From: Deltaproteobacteria bacterium | Lineage (GTDB): Bacteria > Desulfobacterota > Binatia > UTPRO1 | Direction: 5' to 3' | Assembly (NCBI GenBank): GCA_029262315.1 | Contig: JAJCZP010000221.1 | Span: 2,289 to 66,288 of the forward strand | Length of the DNA stretch: 64,000 nt | Program-made: the position numbers and the translations under genes | In this document: piece after piece, positions 46,989 through 56,144 of the stretch | How positions within the stretch are numbered: the first letter of the stretch is position 1 | Layout of the letters: each line of letters begins with the position of its first letter | The notes under the pieces: generated by a model | Databases searched by the model: none | What the model was told of the DNA's origin: nothing | What the model saw: only the letters and a program-made list of their open reading frames with translations

Positions 46989-48260
46989 TTACGACCCGAG
47001 CGACGCGACCTCGCCAATCTCGGAGATCCGCGGACCCTCGACCGCGGCTTCGCCAGCGCCGCTCCCGAGACTCGACTCCATGGAGGCAAGCACTCGATCG
47101 AGGTCGGCACCGAGCCGTTGCTGCTGCCGGCGGTGCCGGAGCACCTCGCCGACGGCGAGCCTCGGCGCCAGCGCGAGGAGACGAGCGAGCTTTCGCGGGG
47201 TCCGAAACGTCGCCCAACTCCGGCGCGTGTTCACGAGTACCAGGCCGAGCACCTCGATAAGCACCGATGCGAGACCGTTCCCACGCCCCTCGATCGTGAA
47301 GACCTCGTCGGCGCGCACTTCGGACAGGGGGGTATCGAGCATGTCCGACACGAGCGCTGCGAAGCCCGGCGCCCGCGCATCCGCCGGGGGCCGATAGCGC
47401 ACACACACGCGATCATAACGACCGAGATGGGCGTCGCTACCGCCCCACGTCACGATGTCGTCGGCGATGTAGGGCGCCGCGCCTCCCGCTCCGTTCATCA
47501 GCCGGCGCGCCAACCGCCCTACGACACCATCGCCCCGCTCACCTTCCGCGAGCGAACGCGCCAGCCCGGGTCGCGAACGAACACGATTGTGCACCTCGAG
47601 GTAGCGCGCGAGCCGCCGCGCGCTATCACTCCCAAAGCCACCATTCACGACCTCGATGAATCGACAGCCTGCGATCGCCGTCAGCGTCGTCTCGAGGTCG
47701 AGCGTATGCCCGTCGAGCGGATGCGAGAGCCCGTGCGCAATGCGCCGCGCTCGACAATACGCCAACACGCGGTGCAGCTCCGGACGCGGAGCGCCTACTG
47801 GACGACACGCGTCCTGCATCTCCGCCAGCCATGCCGCCGAGATACCGTAGTGCGCCCCCCCGCGCTCGCGCATCCGATCGGTGCCACCGTACAGCAGCAC
47901 CTCGGGCGCGGACGCGTACCGCCCGCTGCCGGGCGGTGTCTCGACGACGGTTTGCAGCTCTCCGCCGATGGCGATCCGGTCATTCTCGTTCGCAAGGTCG
48001 ACGAGTTCCGGATCGAAAGCGCGGGTCGTCTCGTTCAGATGATCGGTCACGAAGACGAGATCGGCGACACCGCCAGGCGCGACCAGACAGCCGATTTCCT
48101 CCGGCGTGGTCCTGGACTCGGTCCAATCGAAGTCCTCGGCGGACTCACCCGTCACGCGTGCGACCGCGGCCCGAATGAAGCCATCCATCGGACTCGCGCG
48201 ATTGTTGGATTGCCGCGTGTGACAGTGCGTAATGACGGCGAGTCGGTCGTCGCTGCGCAT
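46989..48260 (-). CDS. Hypothetical protein, possibly a PHP-like metal-dependent phosphoesterase
   Basis: N-terminal LAVITHCHTRQS (HxH). Acidic protein-like composition, versus an Arg-rich opposite-strand ORF. The ATG overlaps the upstream radical-SAM stop region (a 3-nt gap). Confidence 0.5.
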   Translation of the reverse strand: MRSDDRLAVITHCHTRQSNNRASPMDGFIRAAVARVTGESAEDFDWTESRTTPEEIGCLVAPGGVADLVFVTDHLNETTRAFDPELVDLANENDRIAIGGELQTVVETPPGSGRYASAPEVLLYGGTDRMRERGGAHYGISAAWLAEMQDACRPVGAPRPELHRVLAYCRARRIAHGLSHPLDGHTLDLETTLTAIAGCRFIEVVNGGFGSDSARRLARYLEVHNRVRSRPGLARSLAEGERGDGVVGRLARRLMNGAGGAAPYIADDIVTWGGSDAHLGRYDRVCVRYRPPADARAPGFAALVSDMLDTPLSEVRADEVFTIEGRGNGLASVLIEVLGLVLVNTRRSWATFRTPRKLARLLALAPRLAVGEVLRHRRQQQRLGADLDRVLASMESSLGSGAGEAAVEGPRISEIGEVASLGS

Positions 48261-48262
48261 CA

Positions 48263-50107
48263 CTACGACGCGGCGGCCTCGGTGCCGCACGAGCTGCATC
48301 CGCCACTACCGCACCCACCCGCGCCCGTCGCCGTCGGCAGTTCGATCGGACGATCGCCGGCGTGAATCGGATGGCGACCCATCGTCTGGTACCACTCCTT
48401 CACGGTCGCGACCTTGTGCATGTTCTCGAGAATCTGCCGCCAGCCGACTCCGGTATTGTAGGCGCAGAAGGAGATCTCACCCATCTGCGTCCCGTACGGA
48501 ATGATGCAGCGCTCGGTGCGCCGAAAGTCGTAGTTGAAGAGATCCTGAAACCACATGCCGGCGACGAACAACGCACGCCACTCGAACGTACCCTCGTCGT
48601 CTTCCCCAGCAAAGTCACGTGCCCCCGTCTGGCTGATGAGCTGTCGCAGCAGGGAGGTGAAGGAAACCGGCGAAGCCGCGGCGTTGTAGTTCCGCAGCAA
48701 CGCCAGCCCGATTTGCGCCATCGTGATAGTGTTTCCACCGGCGGCATCCGCGATCTTCCGGAAGTCGCTCAGGAGCTGCTCGAGATCCACGATCGCGGAG
48801 AGCGGGACGGCCTGCTTCGTCTTCTTGTGCACGAAGAGCACCGTGCCGATGCCACAGTTGGGATGGCAGCCGCACTTGAGACTGCCCCAGTCCGCGTTCG
48901 CGCCGAGCATCAGATCGACAACGTCCGAAAAGGGCCCCATCGCCGACAGCGGAAACCAATCTCGCTGCGGCTCGGTCATGCCGGTTTGCGTACGAATATC
49001 GTGAGCCAGGTGCGAGAGGGTGTACCGGCGCGCGTGCCGCGTCTCGTCGTCGATGTCGTCGTCGCGCCCCGTGAACGAGACGGGCTGAAACGACACGACC
49101 GTCACCTTGTCGGCGTTCTGGATGGCGAAATCGACGATGGCCCCGACCTGATCATCGTTGATGCCTTTGACGATGGTGGGCACGAGCACGACGTCGATAT
49201 CGGCGGCGGCCAAATTCTCGATCGCCTGCTGCTTTACGTCGAACAGGTTCGACACCTTCCGGTGGGCGTGGGCGGCGTTGTCGGTCCCGTCAAACTGCAA
49301 ATATGCGATTCGAAGACCGGCCTCCTTCGCCTCCATGGCAAAGCCCGGGTCTTCAGCGAACCGTACACCGTTGGTCGAGCACTGCACCGCGAAGTAGCCG
49401 ACCTCCCGCGCGTACCGCACGGCGTCGAGAAAGATCGGCGAGAGGGTCGGCTCGCCCCCGGAGAAGTTGATCGACATCTGCCGCTTCGGCTTCACTTGCA
49501 CGGCGTCGTCGAGGATCTTCTTGACCTCGGCCAACTCGAGCTCGTGCACGTAGCCCACCTGATTGGCGTCCATGAAGCAGGCGTCGCACATCATGTTGCA
49601 GCGGTTCGTGAGATCGATCACGAGCACCGCTCCACGGCCGTACTTGATGGTGGACTTGCCGTGATTGCGGAGCTTCGTGATCGGCGTGGTGAAGTCACTC
49701 CCGGGATGCAGGCTTTCGATCCGCGCCAAGAATGACGGGTCGATCGCCATGACGTCGGTGAAATCGCCGTGCATTGGGCAGGTCTTGTCCATGACGATCT
49801 TGCCATCGCGCTCGAGAATCGTGGCGCGGATCTCTCCGGGAGTTTCGTCGAGCAGGGTCTTCCAATGGCGTTTCCCCGAAAGAATGGCGGCGCGTGCCTC
49901 CTTGATGCACACCGGACACAGCGAGTCGGTCTCACGCGGCCACCCAAGCACCGGTCGATTCTGCTGCGAGCCCTTCTGGAGGGGGGCCGGCGCCCAGGGG
50001 GGCTGAAACCCCTGATGCCCGGCGGCGTCGACCACTGTCCGCGTCACGTGCCACGCGATGGACGCCGCCTGGGACAACGCGCCGTCGATCAGTCGGGTAA
50101 CTCCCAT
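48263..50107 (-). CDS. Radical SAM enzyme with an N-terminal rubredoxin-like knuckle and C-terminal Cys-rich auxiliary-cluster region (class-D rSAM / MJ0619-Tes-like?)
   Basis: LCPVC...KTCPMHG N-terminal metal site. Radical SAM CNMMCDAC (CxxxCxxC) with FSGGEPT. Later KCGCHPNCG and a ..CIIPYG..SFCAYN.. Cys cluster. Gly/Cys tail GAGGCGSGGCSSCG. 614 aa. Confidence 0.8.
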   Translation of the reverse strand: MGVTRLIDGALSQAASIAWHVTRTVVDAAGHQGFQPPWAPAPLQKGSQQNRPVLGWPRETDSLCPVCIKEARAAILSGKRHWKTLLDETPGEIRATILERDGKIVMDKTCPMHGDFTDVMAIDPSFLARIESLHPGSDFTTPITKLRNHGKSTIKYGRGAVLVIDLTNRCNMMCDACFMDANQVGYVHELELAEVKKILDDAVQVKPKRQMSINFSGGEPTLSPIFLDAVRYAREVGYFAVQCSTNGVRFAEDPGFAMEAKEAGLRIAYLQFDGTDNAAHAHRKVSNLFDVKQQAIENLAAADIDVVLVPTIVKGINDDQVGAIVDFAIQNADKVTVVSFQPVSFTGRDDDIDDETRHARRYTLSHLAHDIRTQTGMTEPQRDWFPLSAMGPFSDVVDLMLGANADWGSLKCGCHPNCGIGTVLFVHKKTKQAVPLSAIVDLEQLLSDFRKIADAAGGNTITMAQIGLALLRNYNAAASPVSFTSLLRQLISQTGARDFAGEDDEGTFEWRALFVAGMWFQDLFNYDFRRTERCIIPYGTQMGEISFCAYNTGVGWRQILENMHKVATVKEWYQTMGRHPIHAGDRPIELPTATGAGGCGSGGCSSCGTEAAAS

Positions 50108-50247
50108 ATATCCCTCACTCCCTCCGCCACGTCGCCGACGACGTGCCTCGTGTTGGGTTACCGTCGCTATGCGTTTCTGGAAACCGGGTCAACCGACCTC
50201 CCACCCGAGCGCAACGTCCCCGGAAGAAGTGGGTTAGAACGAGAATC

Positions 50248-50820
50248 ATGACGAAACGGGCGTGGATAGTCGTTCTCGCACTCCTACTGCTGCCGGGAAT
50301 CCCGGGCCTGGCCGACGCCAAAGACGGCCGTGGCCACAAGGGCGGACATGGCTACAGCGGAGGGCGTGGTCACAAAGGCGGACACGGCTACCGGGGGGCC
50401 CGCAGTCACGCAGGCAAACACGGCTACCGGGGGGGGCGCCGCGCTGGCCGGCATAACTACAATCGGGGTCACGGCTACAACGGCCGGCACGGCCACAAGA
50501 GTGGACACCGCCGCCACGGATACGGCTACGGGCATAGCTACCGGCGAGGATACCGCGGAGGTTGGTGGGGATACTGGGGCTACCCCGCGTATGGATACGG
50601 CTACCCGTACGTCTACCCCTACGTTTACCCCTACGCGTCGGAAACCAGGGTGATCATCGAAGAGCAGCCGGTCTACATAGAACGACCGCAAAGCGCGGCG
50701 CGGGCCGCCTCTCCGCCCCAGCAGGGCTACTGGCACTACTGCGCGAGCCTCGGCGGTTACTACCCCGAGATGCCGAACTGCCCCGAGGACTGGATCAAGG
50801 TCCCGCCGAGGCCCGAGTAG
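50248..50820 (+). CDS. Secreted low-complexity Gly/His/Tyr-rich repeat protein
   Basis: Signal peptide MTKRAWIVVLALLLLPGIPGLADA. Tandem GRGHKGGHGYSG/GRGHKGGHGYRG repeats, a YGYGYPYVYPYVYPY stretch, and C-terminal ..YWHYCASLGGYYPEMPNCPEDW. Confidence 0.6.
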   Translation: MTKRAWIVVLALLLLPGIPGLADAKDGRGHKGGHGYSGGRGHKGGHGYRGARSHAGKHGYRGGRRAGRHNYNRGHGYNGRHGHKSGHRRHGYGYGHSYRRGYRGGWWGYWGYPAYGYGYPYVYPYVYPYASETRVIIEEQPVYIERPQSAARAASPPQQGYWHYCASLGGYYPEMPNCPEDWIKVPPRPE

Positions 50821-50824
50821 CCCT

Positions 50825-51166
50825 ATGATGCCAACACGCTCGCTTCTCCTCGCCGTCGGGAGCGCACTCGCGCTCTCGGCTTGTGCGCACTACCCGGTCG
50901 GGCCAAGCCTGATGGTCCTCCCTGGCACCGGCAAAGACTTCTCGCGTTTTCAGGACGACGACGCGATGTGCCGCGACTACGCCAGCAGTACGCTCCAAAG
51001 CCGGTACGACAACGCGTACCTGCAATGCATGTACGCCAACGGCAACCAGATCCCGGTGCCTCCCGGATCGTTCGCGGCGTCCAGCACCTACACGTCGCAA
51101 GCCACGCCGCACCGTCCACCGCCTCCCCCACCGGCAGGCCCCGCCCCGGCTCCACCTCCGTACTAG
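50825..51166 (+). CDS. Small lipoprotein with a Pro-rich C-terminus
   Basis: MMPTRSLLLAVGSALALSAC lipobox, 4 nt after the upstream stop. Ends with a PPPPPPAGPAPAPPPY tail. Confidence 0.55.
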   Translation: MMPTRSLLLAVGSALALSACAHYPVGPSLMVLPGTGKDFSRFQDDDAMCRDYASSTLQSRYDNAYLQCMYANGNQIPVPPGSFAASSTYTSQATPHRPPPPPPAGPAPAPPPY

Positions 51167-51229
51167 TAGCCCGGAAGCTGTCGCCGTACGCATGCGCACC
51201 GCGCGGGCGGCCGTAGTCGAAGCTGCGAC

Positions 51230-53470
51230 TCAGGGCGTCGGCGTGGGAACCGACGAGATATCGGTCGAGCCACTGCACGACACTGGATACGGCGCGAACG
51301 GCTGAACGCCGCTCCGATCACTGCAATCCGCCGCAAATTCGGCGACGCAGCCCAGACAGAACGCGGCGTCGGCGAGCGTCACGACCGGCCCGAAACATCC
51401 GGTGTCCCCGTGGCTGGCGTTTGCCGGCACCATCACGTCCGGGCAGGTTGACGCGAAGCCGATCTCGCCGGGCGTGAGGTCGTCACCCCCGCCACTACCA
51501 CCGAGCACCGGAATACCAGGATCCACGGCCGCAACCACCTGATCGCACGCGGCGTCAGCTCCTCCACAAATGCGACAGATCTTCCCGATGCGCCGCAGGT
51601 CGGCGCGCCGAATGGACGCCTGCGTACTCAACGTCGGGCACGGCTCGGCATGCTTCCCCTTGAACCGATCGTGCCAGCACTTGCCGAGCGCTTTCATCCT
51701 GGCGAGCAAATATCTCACCGTCTCCTTGCCCATCGTCTTTTGACACTTCGCAAGCGATTTACTCGTCGCGGCGCCGCCGACCTCGATGAAGTCGTCGTAG
51801 AAGAGCGCGATGGCACGATCGGTTGCCGCGTCGTGGATACACTCGATACACGCCGAGGCCTCTCGGCAATCGGTCAGGTCGTTCGTGCAACCCGCGCCAT
51901 CGACATCGGGACACACACTGGGGAATCCGAGGTCGCTCTGCATATCGAGATTGTCGTCAACGTCGCCGCAGACGCCGTTCAGGCCGCCGCACTCCCGATC
52001 GATCAAACGTTCGAGCCGCGCGCGAGCCCTGTCTATCTTCGCTGCGGTCCGGCGATCGGCGAGACAATACGCCAACCGGGCACCCGGTCCGGGGTCCGGC
52101 CCAAACTTGCCCTTCAGCAGCCGCTCTTCGCACGTCTTCAATGCCGAAACTTTGGCCTTGGCGAACGCACCACCGGCCCGGGAAACCGCTCGCCGACAGC
52201 GTGTCGGGTCCGCGGGAATCGGGGTCGGGGAAGCGGTCGGAGCGGGTGGGATCGTCGTCGTCGCGAGCGGGGACGGAAGAGGCGTGCTCACCACGGTCGT
52301 CGTCGGCACGGGCGTACTACTTGCCGTCCCGACTACGGTCGGCGTCGCACTTATCGTCAACGCCGCGGTCGATGTCGGCAATGCAGAAGGCGTCGACGTG
52401 GCCGTCATCGCGACCGTCGGCGTCGGCAGTGTGGCGGTTAGCGTCGGCGTCGACAGTGCGGCAGTTGGTGTCAGCGTCGGCAGTGCGGCGGGCGGTGTCG
52501 GCGTCGACAGTGCGAAAGTTGGTGTCGGCGTCGCGACCGCCGCGCAGACAACGGAGCTGGTACTTCCCGACGAGGGTGCGACCACGACGATGTCACCCTG
52601 CGGGTTGCCACTGCCACTATTGTTGCCACCCGCAACATCCGCAACGGAGTCGAACGGTGCGCACCCGTCGACCTGGAGCCCCACGTTCAGGTTGTCGTCC
52701 GCGGTGTTCCCTCCCAACGTAAGGCCATGCGAATTCGACAGCAAGAAACCGTGCCGATAATTCCCGCTGGCAACGCAGCCATGAACGCGCGCTCCATCGC
52801 TATGATCGATTCCGATGCCGTCGGAACCGCGATTGTCGATCGCATGATTGCCGATCAGTGTCGCACAGGGCGAACCGAGCACACGAATCCCACCATGCGC
52901 CGCGTCGGTGACGAAATTCTGTGCGAGCACGATCCCGGGGCTGCTGTCGATGAAGATCCCTTGCTCGACACGGGTATGGGCGATCGTGCATTCCTCCACG
53001 CGGTTGTCCTGGCCGAGATACACCCGGATGCCCAGGGCGTTGTCCTCGATGTAGAGTCCCGTCAGGAGAGCGCTTGTCACACCGTTCAACCGAACGCCGT
53101 TGTAGGCGCCGACGATGTGGACGTTCCGGATCGTCACACCGTGGATCCCATCCACCCGAATGCCATCATTGCTGACATGAGGGGTACCGTGAATGACCGG
53201 AGGATCGGCCGGATCCATGGCCTCGATCGTCAAACCGTCCTGCGCTCCATTCACGCGCACCGCTTCGAAGTAGACTCCGGGCGCCACCTGGATCGTGTCA
53301 CCGGGCCCCGCCGCGTCGACGGCGTCCTGAATCGTGGGCTGGTCGCCTGGCACGGCGATCACCGCGCTTGACACCACGGCCACAGCGGGAGGGAGCAGGA
53401 CCAGGCACAACGCACCGAGCAGGGCCAGGCACAAGTCAGCGAGCGGACACCACACTGTAGATTCGCGCAT
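51230..53470 (-). CDS. Secreted right-handed parallel beta-helix protein (NosD/pectate-lyase-like repeats), a Pro/Thr linker, and a C-terminal Cys-rich helical domain
   Basis: Start MRESTVWCPLADLCLALLGALCLVLL at 53470. Repeats ..GIRVLGSPCATLIGNHAIDNRGSDGIGIDHSDGARVHGCVASGN.. C-terminal modules CRRAVSRAGGAFAKAKVSALKTC / CQKTMGKETVRYLLARMKALGKC. Confidence 0.8.
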   Translation of the reverse strand: MRESTVWCPLADLCLALLGALCLVLLPPAVAVVSSAVIAVPGDQPTIQDAVDAAGPGDTIQVAPGVYFEAVRVNGAQDGLTIEAMDPADPPVIHGTPHVSNDGIRVDGIHGVTIRNVHIVGAYNGVRLNGVTSALLTGLYIEDNALGIRVYLGQDNRVEECTIAHTRVEQGIFIDSSPGIVLAQNFVTDAAHGGIRVLGSPCATLIGNHAIDNRGSDGIGIDHSDGARVHGCVASGNYRHGFLLSNSHGLTLGGNTADDNLNVGLQVDGCAPFDSVADVAGGNNSGSGNPQGDIVVVAPSSGSTSSVVCAAVATPTPTFALSTPTPPAALPTLTPTAALSTPTLTATLPTPTVAMTATSTPSALPTSTAALTISATPTVVGTASSTPVPTTTVVSTPLPSPLATTTIPPAPTASPTPIPADPTRCRRAVSRAGGAFAKAKVSALKTCEERLLKGKFGPDPGPGARLAYCLADRRTAAKIDRARARLERLIDRECGGLNGVCGDVDDNLDMQSDLGFPSVCPDVDGAGCTNDLTDCREASACIECIHDAATDRAIALFYDDFIEVGGAATSKSLAKCQKTMGKETVRYLLARMKALGKCWHDRFKGKHAEPCPTLSTQASIRRADLRRIGKICRICGGADAACDQVVAAVDPGIPVLGGSGGGDDLTPGEIGFASTCPDVMVPANASHGDTGCFGPVVTLADAAFCLGCVAEFAADCSDRSGVQPFAPYPVSCSGSTDISSVPTPTP
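52210..52550 (-). repeat. Low-complexity coding repeat encoding the Pro/Thr/Ala/Ser linker of the beta-helix protein
   Basis: Runs of GTCGGCGTCG/CGGCAGTG-type units on the + strand, encoding TPTPTFALSTPTPPAALPTLTPTAALSTPTLTATLPTPT... on the minus strand. Confidence 0.65.
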
Positions 53471-53595
53471 TTCGAGGGCTCGGCCTTTGGGGGGCCAATC
53501 TGGCCCGTTTCTTAGCACAACCGTGCGACGAGGAGGCCCTGCACGGAGCGGAGCCCGCAGACCGCATAGCGTCGTCCCCGAAGGCGGCGAAGCAC

Positions 53596-55164
53596 CTACT
53601 CGCAGTTGAGATCCATCTCCGAGCCCTCGTGATCAGACGGCCAACAGATCGGATCGGGCAACGGACCGCAGGACGGCCCAAACGGATTGGGATCGTCCGC
53701 AAAGATCCTGGTCGCGCTACCGTCGCCGTCGTCGTCGCTTGCCGGATCGAGCGTAGCGGTGCACGTCGAACCGGCGCCCGGCGGGATCAGAAACGTGAAG
53801 TCGATGCGCCGATCGACATTCGCCGTGGTCGACTCCAGATCGGTCAGGTCGCTACTGCTCCGACCAGACGTACAGCCGACACCACTCCCCAGGTCGCACT
53901 CGGGATTGCCGGCCGCGAGGTAGGTGTCCGTCCAGCCGCGGCTCGTAAACTCAGCGTAGACGAAGGACCCCGGCTCGGCGTTCAAGTCTCCCGTGATCGC
54001 GCCGGGTGTATCGACATCGTGCTTCTCCTCCACGAAGAGCGCCGTTTGCACCGCCTGACAGTCGCGATTCGTCACCGCACCGGCGGTGACACACTCAGTC
54101 GGACACGTTGGCCCGCATGGGTTCGCGCCACCGTCGACGCCCGCCGCCAGGTGCGTCGAAAAGACATCCACCGGGCCGAGCGGGTGATCGAGACGCACCC
54201 AGGTCACGTGGCGAAATCCGACATGGAGCACGCGCACCTCGCTCTCAAGGACGGGATACTTCGTGAGCACGAGCTCGTCGTCGACGGAATTGGTCTCCTC
54301 GTAGAAGATCTCGTACGGCGCGGGACACACGGTCCCGCTTTCGACCTGGAGAAGCGGTACGAGTGACGGAAGGATCTCCTGCAACGTTACGACATCGGGA
54401 CACCCACTCTCGGCGATCCAATCATAGAGGAGCGACACCCGGTCGGCGGCCCGACAGGTACTCGGCGTACAGAACAATCCATGGAGCAGATTGAGGTTGG
54501 CAACCGTCAGGTCGTTGTCGGCGCAGCCCGCCGGTGCCGGGGCATCCTTGGCGCGGAACGAACCCGCTTGGTTGCGCTTCACGAGCCCGCCGAACTCCGC
54601 GCAATAGCGCGTGTCGTCGACGCGCAGCACGACCGCGACCGGCGCGGATTGAGTGGCCGCTTCGAGCCCGCAGGGCCACGCGCCTCCGCGTGCCGTGACG
54701 ACGATCCGCCCGCCGTTCTTGCGTCGCTGGAGTTGGATCCTTCTGATGCCACCTGAGCCCAGCGGATCGTCTTTGTACTTGTACCCGTGGGTCGCACCAT
54801 CGCCTTTGTTCGCCGTCCACTTGGTCGGCTCCAGGGGAATCTCGGCGCGACATTCCCCCGCAGCATTGGACGCGAACACCAGCAACGAGGCCCCCTGGGT
54901 GGGATCGGGAAACGGTGCCCCGATGGCGGGATCGACCGCCGAACGAAACGACAGCGAACGCTGAGCCGGGTTCTTCTGGCTGGCTCGGAGCCGCAGCGAC
55001 TTGCCGCCCACGGCTACGTCTGGCGCGGCATGACTCGGCGCGGGCCACACCGCGACCGCCACGGCAACGACGACGGCGAGTGCGACGCCCAGAACGCACG
55101 GACCTCGCCGCACCCGACCTACCCTATCCCAATCCCTGATGGACATGTCCGAACCTCGATTCAT
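53596..55164 (-). CDS. Secreted endonuclease/exonuclease/phosphatase (EEP) family protein, Cys-rich
   Basis: RBS AGGAGG-N8-ATG with a signal peptide. EEP blocks LTVANLNLLHG, VLHVGFRHVTWVRLD, VFSTHL, and GAITGDLNAEPGS. Confidence 0.75.
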   Translation of the reverse strand: MNRGSDMSIRDWDRVGRVRRGPCVLGVALAVVVAVAVAVWPAPSHAAPDVAVGGKSLRLRASQKNPAQRSLSFRSAVDPAIGAPFPDPTQGASLLVFASNAAGECRAEIPLEPTKWTANKGDGATHGYKYKDDPLGSGGIRRIQLQRRKNGGRIVVTARGGAWPCGLEAATQSAPVAVVLRVDDTRYCAEFGGLVKRNQAGSFRAKDAPAPAGCADNDLTVANLNLLHGLFCTPSTCRAADRVSLLYDWIAESGCPDVVTLQEILPSLVPLLQVESGTVCPAPYEIFYEETNSVDDELVLTKYPVLESEVRVLHVGFRHVTWVRLDHPLGPVDVFSTHLAAGVDGGANPCGPTCPTECVTAGAVTNRDCQAVQTALFVEEKHDVDTPGAITGDLNAEPGSFVYAEFTSRGWTDTYLAAGNPECDLGSGVGCTSGRSSSDLTDLESTTANVDRRIDFTFLIPPGAGSTCTATLDPASDDDGDGSATRIFADDPNPFGPSCGPLPDPICWPSDHEGSEMDLNCE

Positions 55165-55335
55165 GATGGAATCCTCCTGCCGCTGAAGCCTCGGGCGTTG
55201 GGAGGGGTCACATCACAATTCAGGGCATTGCTCCAGCCGCAGCCCCTCCCCGAAGGTCGACGCTACTGCGACCGCGGACCGATCGCGTAGTTAACCTGGG
55301 TTTCATTGCGCCCTCGCACCGGCAACAATGGTGGC

Positions 55336-56007
55336 ATGCATCGCGGCATCGCGCTCGGCGTAGCGCTGGCGCTCCTCGGAGGCGGCGCCCAGGTAGAGGC
55401 TCGACCGCTCGAGCACGCCAACCACCTGCAACAAATGCTGCACGCCGCCAGCGTCACGATCGACGGCGCGCAGTGCAGCGGAGTCCTCGCCGAGGGGCCA
55501 GATCTGGTCTTCACCGCCGCGCACTGCGTCCGCAACGAGACGCATGTTCGACTGCAGTTCGGTACGGGAGTTCGCCGAACCGGATGGGTCGTGGCCACCG
55601 ACCAGGCCGCGGACCAGGCACTCCTGATCCTGGAAGAGCCGGTCGACATCAAACCCCTGTCTCTGGTCCGACGACGTCAGATTCCGGGAACGATCCTCTA
55701 CTTCGAGGGGCATCTCTCCCGCACCGCGTTCCAGACACTGCGGCTCGATCGGATCGGGCGCTGCCCGTCGCTCCCCAACCTCGCGAACGCTCTCTTTACA
55801 TCCGTGCGAGGGAAACCTGGAGATTCGGGCGCGCCGCTGGTCGACCGGGCCGGCCGCGTGGTGGGCCTCGTCCATGGCGGCGCCCGCTGTCACATCGCAA
55901 CGCCGGCTACCTCTTTGGTGCGTCTCCTCGATCGAGCACTCGCCCCGGACGACCTACGCGTCACGCAGGGTCCGGGAAACGCGTGTCCGGGCCGGCACCG
56001 CTGCTGA
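55336..56007 (+). CDS. Small secreted trypsin-like (S1) serine protease
   Basis: Signal peptide MHRGIALGVALALLGGGAQVEA. TAAHC (His) and GDSGAPL (Ser) catalytic motifs. Confidence 0.75.
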   Translation: MHRGIALGVALALLGGGAQVEARPLEHANHLQQMLHAASVTIDGAQCSGVLAEGPDLVFTAAHCVRNETHVRLQFGTGVRRTGWVVATDQAADQALLILEEPVDIKPLSLVRRRQIPGTILYFEGHLSRTAFQTLRLDRIGRCPSLPNLANALFTSVRGKPGDSGAPLVDRAGRVVGLVHGGARCHIATPATSLVRLLDRALAPDDLRVTQGPGNACPGRHRC

Positions 56008-56144
56008 CGCACCGCTGGACTCGATCCGAACCGGGTGCAACCAGAAGAGTCTGGGTCTACACCGAACGGCGCAGACGCCGCTCGGTGTCGCGGTGGCCAG
56101 ACGGAGGAACCCACCATGCCCCCCAGGAAGACAGCGCGGCAACG

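Noticed and set aside
47118-48365. 415-aa + ORF overlapping the PHP-like gene
   Set aside because: Extremely Arg/His-rich with no motif. The minus-strand alternative has an acidic protein-like composition, an HxH motif and operon continuity with the radical SAM gene.
55473-56144. Upstream 224 codons of the ORF-track entry 55473-56960
   Set aside because: Arg/Pro/Gly-rich leader overlapping the S1 protease gene in another frame. The Qor-like reading frame begins at ATG 56145 (MRAWRVPEYG).
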